Part shown: positions 7,967 to 14,509 of the stretch, in pieces
Position numbering within the stretch: the stretch's first letter is position 1
Layout: each line of letters opens with the position of its first letter
From: Candidatus Dojkabacteria bacterium
Lineage (GTDB): Bacteria > Patescibacteriota > Dojkabacteria > SC72 > JAHDCA01
Assembly: GCA_030583845.1 (NCBI GenBank)
Contig: CP129478.1
Location: forward strand, 473,175-511,834
Reading direction: 5' to 3'
DNA length: 38,660 bases
Translations under genes and position numbers: made by a program
Notes under the pieces: model-generated
The model's database searches: none
What the model was told of the DNA's origin: nothing
The model's input: only the letters and a program-made list of their open reading frames with translations

Positions 7967-8401
7967 TTAACATTCACTAGAATCGCCTGGAGGACATAGA
8001 GTATTAATATCCATTGGAGAGATTACAATAGGTTTACCATGCTCAATAAGGTTCTTTGCAATAACAAGAGCACTATCTACAAGAGGAAGGCGCTCAAAGA
8101 ATTCCTTCTCAAACCGACCATTTTTGTATGCAGTTGCAATGTCAGCAGCTCCATACGCAAAAATGACAAAAAGTATCGTTGCAGCAATCAGATAGAATTG
8201 TGCGCGCTCTTTGCACCCGTATTGAACGATAGGTGGAAGATCTGACTCCGGAGGCCAAACGATTGCAGTTATATCTTCTGGGCCAGCGTCTTCCTTGTCT
8301 CCAAGGATAATGACCTCGGGTCCCTTACCAGCAAGCATTTCCTGAAGAAACTCATTATAAGTCACTGCATCCTGTGTTGTTTGTTGAACCAACTCAGTCA
8401 T
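7967..8401 (-). CDS. Hypothetical protein (144 aa) with one central hydrophobic helix
   Basis: ORF in the track with a TM-like segment FYLIAATILFVIFAYGAADIA. It lies on the opposite strand between dnaA and dnaN. No family recognised. Confidence 0.5.
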   Translation of the reverse strand: MTELVQQTTQDAVTYNEFLQEMLAGKGPEVIILGDKEDAGPEDITAIVWPPESDLPPIVQYGCKERAQFYLIAATILFVIFAYGAADIATAYKNGRFEKEFFERLPLVDSALVIAKNLIEHGKPIVISPMDINTLCPPGDSSEC

Positions 8402-8558
8402 AATCCCAAAACTATGTAATTTAATCCTATAATATTATATCGTTTCTGGGGCGAAATATCGACACTTTTCAGTACAATTCAGTTTGAATTCAATAGCCTA
8501 TATATTGTATACTTAGCTCGATTTCAGAAGTGGATTAATCTTTATTTACCCTTACCAA

Positions 8559-9689
8559 ATGCAGTTTTCTTGTAACCAGGACACATTTGCCAAGTACCTC
8601 AATGTTGTCAGCCGAGTCGTTAGCAGCAAGCCAGGTCTACCAATCCTCAATAATGTGCTTTTCGAAACCAAGCAGGGTAAATTAATGATGACCGTTACAG
8701 ACCTCGAGATCAGCCTACAATGCTGGATCGGTACTGAGGTAAAAGCAGATGGCAAGATTACACTTCCTGCAAAGCAGCTCTCCGAGTTTGTAAATTCAAT
8801 CCCATCAGAGAAAGTTGATGTCGAGCTCGACAAGCAGACATTAAAAGTAAGCACACTCAATAACTCCGCACAGTTCAATACAATTCCTGCAGATGATTAT
8901 CCTTCTGTCGCAGCCATCAAAGACCATGAGCCGCTTCTGCTTTTGACTATGGAAGATGTGCTCACCACAGTAAACCGTGTAGCATTTGCTGCTGCAAGCG
9001 ATGATATTAAGCCGGTCATGACAGGAATCAAGCTAGAAGTTAAAGACAACACAGTCGCATTTGTTGGGACCGATGGGTATCGACTCTCAAGGCAGATCGT
9101 AACTCTGCCAACTCCTGCGACCGATTCTGTAGAGTTGCTCATCCCAGCCAAGGCATTCCAGGAGCTTGCATATATTGTATCTGAATTTAGCAGCGAGAAT
9201 AGCAACAATACCGTCGGCCTCTACCTTATCGAGGATCGCAACCAGGTCGTCTTCAGATATAACGATATCGACCTTACATCAAGATTGATTGATGGTCAGT
9301 ATCCAACATATCAGCAGGTGATCCCAACTGGGTATCAGACCAAGGCGGCAATTAATCGAAGCGAGTTCCAGAATGCACTCAAAGTTACAAATATCATCGC
9401 CAGATCTGTGGTCGGAAATAAGATCGTAGTAGACCAGAACCCGAAAGAGAATGTGATCACTCTCTCAGCATCTCAAGCCGAAGTTGGAAGCAATGAGAGC
9501 TCGTTTGCAGCCGAAGTTGAGGGTGAAGCAATCACCATGGCATTCAGCGCTAGGCTTGTGAACGACATGCTTTCGCATATCGGTGGTGAAGAGATCCAGT
9601 TTGAGAGCTCATCTTCCACCTCTGCCGGCATTTTTAAGATCAAGGGTGACAACTCATACCTGCACCTGATAATGCCGATGCGTCTCTAA
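8559..9689 (+). CDS. dnaN: DNA polymerase III beta sliding clamp
   Basis: 376 aa. The N-terminus MQFSCNQDTFAKYLNVVSRVVSSKPGLPILNNVLFE is typical, as are the three-domain length and the position after dnaA. Confidence 0.95.
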   Translation: MQFSCNQDTFAKYLNVVSRVVSSKPGLPILNNVLFETKQGKLMMTVTDLEISLQCWIGTEVKADGKITLPAKQLSEFVNSIPSEKVDVELDKQTLKVSTLNNSAQFNTIPADDYPSVAAIKDHEPLLLLTMEDVLTTVNRVAFAAASDDIKPVMTGIKLEVKDNTVAFVGTDGYRLSRQIVTLPTPATDSVELLIPAKAFQELAYIVSEFSSENSNNTVGLYLIEDRNQVVFRYNDIDLTSRLIDGQYPTYQQVIPTGYQTKAAINRSEFQNALKVTNIIARSVVGNKIVVDQNPKENVITLSASQAEVGSNESSFAAEVEGEAITMAFSARLVNDMLSHIGGEEIQFESSSSTSAGIFKIKGDNSYLHLIMPMRL

Positions 9690-9709
9690 TCTTTGGGCAA
9701 CTCAGTCGC

Positions 9710-10444
9710 TCAGATTTCGTCTAGATCTACATCTAGGGGATCTTCCTCGTCGGTTTGCTTGTATCGCTTCTCCTTTGATGGTGCGTCACATAGCTTGTAG
9801 CCAACTCCATGAATTGTCTCAATAATATCTGATACAGGTAAGAGAGTTCGCAGCTTACTTATATGGACATCGATTGTATTTGAGTTTGAGGTATTGCGGT
9901 ACTCCCAAACAGAGCCGATCAATTCCGTGCGACTCACTGGGCGATTTTTATTCTTCATTAAATATTCGAGCAGGGTGTACTCTTTATTTCTAATTGGCAG
10001 AGGGATATTTTTATATCTCACGCTGCGCTGGACTGGATTGATGACCACACCCTTTGCTTTCATTGGTTGAGGCATCACACTTTCGCGCGGACGACGCGCT
10101 AGGGCTTCGATCCGTGCGATTAATTCTTGGGATGGAAATGGATATGAGAGCACGTCGTCCGCGCCACAATTCAAAATATTTACCTTTGTTTGCCAGTCGC
10201 CTTTATTGCAGATGCCTAGAATGTAGACCCTCTTCTCAACCTTGCGGAGGCGTTGGACAAATCGTTGGGCGTTTGCAAATTGGAGCTCGGTATTGGTAAT
10301 GAGTAAATTGAATGTCTGACTGAAGAAAGTTCCGCTCTGAATCTGCTTGCTTGAGTAAAGTTTGTGAGCGTAGCCGCTCGATTTTAGACAGGTCGAGAGT
10401 ATCGATCCCAACATTCTAGAATCTTCGATTATTGCTATCTTCAT
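9710..10444 (-). CDS. OmpR/PhoB-family winged-helix transcriptional regulator with a degenerate (pseudo-)receiver domain
   Basis: The C-terminal trans_reg_C pattern is LPIRNKEYTLLEYLMKNKNRPVSRTELIGSVWE...IDVHISKLRTLL...IETIHGVGYKL. The N-terminal receiver-like fold has LLITNTEL where the phospho-acceptor LD motif is expected, and DDVLSYPF where DDYxxKPF is expected. TGA stop. Confidence 0.85.
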   Translation of the reverse strand: MKIAIIEDSRMLGSILSTCLKSSGYAHKLYSSKQIQSGTFFSQTFNLLITNTELQFANAQRFVQRLRKVEKRVYILGICNKGDWQTKVNILNCGADDVLSYPFPSQELIARIEALARRPRESVMPQPMKAKGVVINPVQRSVRYKNIPLPIRNKEYTLLEYLMKNKNRPVSRTELIGSVWEYRNTSNSNTIDVHISKLRTLLPVSDIIETIHGVGYKLCDAPSKEKRYKQTDEEDPLDVDLDEI

Positions 10445-10526
10445 AGGCTTCTACGTATAATTTAAACGGCAATCATGATCATACGATCAAGCCAAAAGCT
10501 TTTTACATCCTATATAATCGAAGTAG

Positions 10527-10901
10527 ATGAAATACTTATTGGTACAAATTTTGATAGCAATTGTTTCTGTAACTTTTCTGTACTATTTGTCCACCTTGGA
10601 TTATTTTCTTCCGACTAACCCGGATGGTACGGTAAATTGGTATAACGTCACGGTTGTACTGTTCGGAATCTTCATGTTCTTTGAGGGGTTGATTGCAACT
10701 ATCGTTTATCTGCTGCAGAAATTTATGGCATTCGGGTGGAAAGAATTTCCGGGTCGCAAGCTTTCATTAAACTCAGGAATCATTTTCAGCTTGATAATTG
10801 TGGCTCTAATCTTGCTGAATGTTATTGGACTTGTCACGCTTAGCTGGGGAGTGGTAATTTTTGGGGTAATACTCCTATTAGCAATCCTTTTTTACTTTTA
10901 G
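10527..10901 (+). CDS. Small integral membrane protein (124 aa, about four TM helices)
   Basis: ORF in the track; almost entirely hydrophobic helices; no family recognised. Confidence 0.65.
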   Translation: MKYLLVQILIAIVSVTFLYYLSTLDYFLPTNPDGTVNWYNVTVVLFGIFMFFEGLIATIVYLLQKFMAFGWKEFPGRKLSLNSGIIFSLIIVALILLNVIGLVTLSWGVVIFGVILLLAILFYF

Positions 10902-10919
10902 GTGATAAAATAGGAGCAA

Positions 10920-11654
10920 ATGGCAACCGAAACTAAAGCAAAAACAGAAAAAACGAAGAGCTCTTCCAACAAAGCCAAAACCGAAATTTCAGAATTGGCA
11001 AAAATTCTTTCAGGCGAAGCGGCACTTGAGAAGAAGAATGCCGAAATAGAGCGATTGAAGAAGGAAGCAGTGCAGAAGCAGAAGGCAAAGCAGCGCTCGC
11101 AGGTAAAGAGCGGCGAGCTTATCCTCGATCCCGAGCAGTATGTGAACCCTATCTCATCCCCTGAGAAAGTCGTCCAGAAGATCGAGCTGTATAGCTGGGA
11201 GGCTCCAATCCGCACCAAATTCGTATTTGATAAGCGATTGTTTCTGGTCGTTGTGGCGATCGCTTTAGGATTTGTTCTCTACCTCGCGGTTCTCGGCCAG
11301 TATGGCCTGATGTTCGCCATAATTGCTCTGCTATTCTTCATATATGTAGCCGGTACAACCGAGCCGATCAACGTTGAGCACAGTATCACCACTCGAGGAA
11401 TCGACACTATGGATAAGTTGTACGAATGGTATATGCTCGAAAATTTCTGGTTCACCAATAAAAATGGTCAATACATGCTAATTGTGAGCACCCGTCTGCG
11501 CATGCCCCCGAATCTGATCATGCTGGCCAATCGCGAGGAGATGTCGGCAATCTTTGTATTGCTTCAGGATAGGTTGCTTTACCGCGACGTCCGCAAACAG
11601 GGCTCAATCGAGCGCACAACCTATGGGGAGTATATCCCGATGGAGAAGATCTAA
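10920..11654 (+). CDS. Hypothetical membrane protein (244 aa) with a Lys/Glu-rich N-terminal region and two central TM helices
   Basis: ORF in the track. It starts 19 nt after the previous gene, so the two are probably co-transcribed. The TM pair is LFLVVVAIALGFVLYLAVL / LMFAIIALLFFIYVAG. Confidence 0.7.
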   Translation: MATETKAKTEKTKSSSNKAKTEISELAKILSGEAALEKKNAEIERLKKEAVQKQKAKQRSQVKSGELILDPEQYVNPISSPEKVVQKIELYSWEAPIRTKFVFDKRLFLVVVAIALGFVLYLAVLGQYGLMFAIIALLFFIYVAGTTEPINVEHSITTRGIDTMDKLYEWYMLENFWFTNKNGQYMLIVSTRLRMPPNLIMLANREEMSAIFVLLQDRLLYRDVRKQGSIERTTYGEYIPMEKI

Positions 11655-11722
11655 GAGTGTTCATTTGCAAGAAAAGGTGTAGGATCAGGCCATTTCTGGT
11701 AAAATCACCGTTGTAACTGTAT

Positions 11723-11809
11723 GGAGAGGTGCCTGAGCGGTCGAAAGGGACGCTCTCGAAAAGCGTTGTGCGGGCAACTGTACCGAGGGTTCGAATCCCT
11801 CCCTCTCCG
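11723..11809 (+). tRNA. tRNA-Ser (anticodon CGA), class II with a long variable arm
   Basis: Manual fold: acceptor GGAGAGG/CCTCTCC, D arm CCT-GAGCGGTCGAA-AGG, anticodon arm ACGCT-CTCGAAA-AGCGT (CGA), 18-nt variable arm with a 6-bp stem, T arm GAGGG-TTCGAAT-CCCTC, discriminator G, no encoded CCA. Confidence 0.9.
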
Positions 11810-12125
11810 TCCGACCACTAACCTTTGGTTAGTGGTCGGACGGAGAGGAGTTATGTGAGAACCTCATGGCTTGCGAAGCAAGGCAGGGGGCGGAACACAC
11901 GAGCATAATCTACTTCTCGTGTGTCTAGCTAGGAGCGGAGCGACGAAGCGTTATCCCTCCCTCTCCGATTGGCCCCGATCGAAGATCGGTGGCAATCGGA
12001 GGAGTAGAATGGAAAACCGTCGGTTCGTGAGGACGTATCCCACGAATGGAATGAGTGGGTGATACGACGTCATACTAGGAGGAAACGAGCATTTATGCGA
12101 GTCCGACTAGTGAATCGCTCCCTTG
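11795..12125 (+). repeat. Two tandem ~158-160-bp units plus a third partial repeat copy. Each begins with a copy of the tRNA-Ser 3' end and carries a long hairpin.
   Basis: ATCCCTCCCTCTCCG occurs at 11795-11809 (the tRNA 3' end) and identically at 11953-11967. A degenerate copy GAATCGCTCCCT lies at ~12112-12123. A perfect 22-bp hairpin spans 11802-11848. A 9+6-bp hairpin spans 11963-12001. Both hairpins end in CGGAG(A)GGAGT followed by similar sequence (TTATGTGAGAACC versus AGAATGGAAAACC). Confidence 0.6.
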
Positions 12126-12138
12126 ATTAAGAAATACC

Positions 12139-12981
12139 CTACTTATCAGTCACCCCAATAAAAGAGACTGGCTTATAAACAGGTAGACCATCTACAATCC
12201 CCACCGACTCACCATACATAAACTCCAAAAATTCCCCGTACGTATCAACCAATTCACCCCAGTAAACAGCATCGAACTCAGGCTTCGAGGCTACGATCTT
12301 GCTACTGTTCTGCTCATACTCCTTTATGCATATCTCTTTAAACTCATTAACCAATTTTGTGAAATCTGCCGGCATTGGTAGGCGGATTAGCGAGCTGCCC
12401 GAAGCGACAGATACAAAATTTATACCTGAAACAAACTCTGCTGCTTTCCTACCATTGTCAACCTGGCTGACTGGGTGAAATTTCGTTGATGCAAGACTCA
12501 GGGCAATATTAGGTATGTTATAAAAGAAAGCAAACAGTGATGTGTGTGGGATTGAATCAACAATATATGTATTACTTAGATCCTGATCAATTACCCCTTC
12601 GCGTGGGAAAAGATACCCCGATCCAATTTTGCCAGGAGTCAGAAATTTAAAGAGGTACTCAAAGTCAAACCAAAATTTATCTACTTGCAGCCTTTTGACA
12701 GTGGATATCCTTTGTAGGAAAGAGAGGAGATATTCATAAGAGTCATTTGGATCCACAGCAACCTTGTCCTGTTGCGACTTACTAGAAGGGTCTCGGAGGT
12801 ACTCAACGAGTAGATCGCCCTGTTTACTCTGCTTCGCAAGAGAGAGAATAGAATTCTCGTCTGGTAAACTATATACTGTGCAGATCTGTGACATCAGAGG
12901 ATTTAATGAAAATAGAAACACTTTGCTAGGCTCTTGACCCACACCTATAGTAGCAAAGATCCTCTTGGAATGCGAATACAC
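12139..12981 (-). CDS. Hypothetical protein (280 aa)
   Basis: ORF in the track with a GTG start. An internal ATG at codon 30 is an alternative start. No family recognised. Confidence 0.6.
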   Translation of the reverse strand: MYSHSKRIFATIGVGQEPSKVFLFSLNPLMSQICTVYSLPDENSILSLAKQSKQGDLLVEYLRDPSSKSQQDKVAVDPNDSYEYLLSFLQRISTVKRLQVDKFWFDFEYLFKFLTPGKIGSGYLFPREGVIDQDLSNTYIVDSIPHTSLFAFFYNIPNIALSLASTKFHPVSQVDNGRKAAEFVSGINFVSVASGSSLIRLPMPADFTKLVNEFKEICIKEYEQNSSKIVASKPEFDAVYWGELVDTYGEFLEFMYGESVGIVDGLPVYKPVSFIGVTDK

Positions 12982-13025
12982 AGGTTTCCCATCAATAGAA
13001 TAGTTATGTGGATTGTTAAAAACTA

Positions 13026-13703
13026 ATGAACAACCAACTGCTCAAACAGAAGCTAGAACAAGCCACCACCCACATCTTCGATATGGACGGCACACTAGTC
13101 AACCTCGAAGAGCTCAATTTCACAACCTTCGAGCAAACCATCCAGCAAAAATTCCGCAAACAATTTACCCAGCAAGAGTACCAAGAATACTTCTCCGGCG
13201 CTGGCTCACGAAACGGCTTTATTGCCTACACCAAGCACCACAACCTGAACTACCCGATCGATGAGCTCGTCAACAGCTACCGCATCATTAAAGAAGAGAT
13301 CTTAAATACCCGCATCTATGAAGTCGTTACGGTTAAAGATGGCGCCGAGGAGTATCTAAACAATCTCAAGCAGCAAGAAAAGAAACTTCTCCTCGCCACT
13401 TCAAGCTTCTATGACTTCACGATGAAAATTCTGAAAGCATTCCACATATACGATAAGTTCGAAATTATCCTTACCGAGCGGGATATTACGAAAAATAAGC
13501 CCGATCCGGAGATATTCAACAAAGCACGTCAACTTTCAGGCAACCCGATAGAGCAGTGTGTGATATACGAAGATTCTATAAATGGCATCAAAGCAGCCAA
13601 AGCCTCAGGCATCTACTGCATAGGACTTCATAACCCTGGACTAAATGATGATTACATCGATACGGCTGATGCTGTCGTTGAGTCTTTCCGCGACCTACTG
13701 TAA
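13026..13703 (+). CDS. HAD-superfamily hydrolase, subfamily IA (beta-phosphoglucomutase/phosphatase-like)
   Basis: Motif I FDMDGTLV, motif II LATSS, and motifs III/IV KNKPDPEIF ... YEDSINGIKAAKASG. Confidence 0.85.
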   Translation: MNNQLLKQKLEQATTHIFDMDGTLVNLEELNFTTFEQTIQQKFRKQFTQQEYQEYFSGAGSRNGFIAYTKHHNLNYPIDELVNSYRIIKEEILNTRIYEVVTVKDGAEEYLNNLKQQEKKLLLATSSFYDFTMKILKAFHIYDKFEIILTERDITKNKPDPEIFNKARQLSGNPIEQCVIYEDSINGIKAAKASGIYCIGLHNPGLNDDYIDTADAVVESFRDLL

Positions 13704-13708
13704 AGCTC

Positions 13709-14446
13709 TCAACTATCCAGCACTGACCTAATGTTTAGCACTGAATCCAAAAAGTAGTCTGCACTTTTCTTATCCTCCTCTGTGGGTGGGAAGAAAGCGT
13801 TTGGCACAAGTATCGTGGTAAGCCCAAGCTCCTTTGCAGGAAGAATGTCTGCATTAACTGTGTCTCCGATCATTACAGTTTTTTCAGGATCAAGCTGATA
13901 CTTATCAAGGGTGTACCTGTAAATCTTTCCCGTCTTCTTTATTTCACCCACCTCTTGAGCTGTGATTACATCCTCGAAGTAGTCTCCAAGCCCAAGCTTA
14001 TTTATGCGCTTGATCTGGTGTGTAAAAGTAAAATCAGTCAGCACATATAGCTGGTATTCATTTGATAGCTCCGCTATAAAACTTTTCACACCGTCGATTG
14101 GCTGAATGGCCTCGTGGAAATATTCCCAGTATTTACCTTCAATCTCAACAAGCTCCCCCCATGAGTAATCAATGTCGTAGTAGTTCAGAGCATCTCTGAG
14201 AAGTAAGGAGCGTATCGCAAAGGCATATGTATTTGGGTTTCTGGCCCGGGCTTCCTTTTTTAGCTGGTTAACTACATCGTTTAGATCTGAGAAATCTTTG
14301 TTGGGATACTTCTCTGAGAGGTATTTCGCAGTTTTATCTATTGAGTAGATCCATGGGCCTGAGCCATCGTAAAGTGTATCGTCGAGGTCGAATAGGAGTG
14401 TCTTGTATTTCATTTTGGACAGGTTAAATGATTTAGTGCACCCCAC
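13709..14446 (-). CDS. HAD-superfamily hydrolase
   Basis: Motif I LLFDLDDTLYD, motif IV MIGDTVNADILPAKELG. The real start is more likely the ATG at 14413 (MKYKTLLFDLDD). Confidence 0.85.
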   Translation of the reverse strand: MGCTKSFNLSKMKYKTLLFDLDDTLYDGSGPWIYSIDKTAKYLSEKYPNKDFSDLNDVVNQLKKEARARNPNTYAFAIRSLLLRDALNYYDIDYSWGELVEIEGKYWEYFHEAIQPIDGVKSFIAELSNEYQLYVLTDFTFTHQIKRINKLGLGDYFEDVITAQEVGEIKKTGKIYRYTLDKYQLDPEKTVMIGDTVNADILPAKELGLTTILVPNAFFPPTEEDKKSADYFLDSVLNIRSVLDS

Positions 14447-14509
14447 TGTATTATCGCATAAGTGGGCCTGTGTATGTCACTGTTATCGACAGTATTCACA
14501 AAATACTTC

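Noticed and set aside
11871-12062. Track ORF 11871..12062 (+) 63 aa
   Set aside because: It runs straight through the tRNA-end repeat and the hairpins. Its Arg/Gly/Ser-rich composition is junk-like, with no start context.
11810-12138. Second and third tRNA genes, or a prophage/ICE integrated at tRNA-Ser
   Set aside because: The units start with GGAGAGG-like and end with CCTCTCCG-like sequences, but they have no D arm, 7-nt anticodon loop or T arm. No integrase, recombinase or phage gene occurs in the flanking 6 kb, and the spacing between repeats is only ~158 bp.
13026-14446. The two adjacent HAD hydrolases as a functional 'system'
   Set aside because: They are convergent rather than co-transcribed. 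They are only distantly similar to each other, and HAD phosphatases are common stand-alone housekeeping genes. This is an ordinary arrangement.
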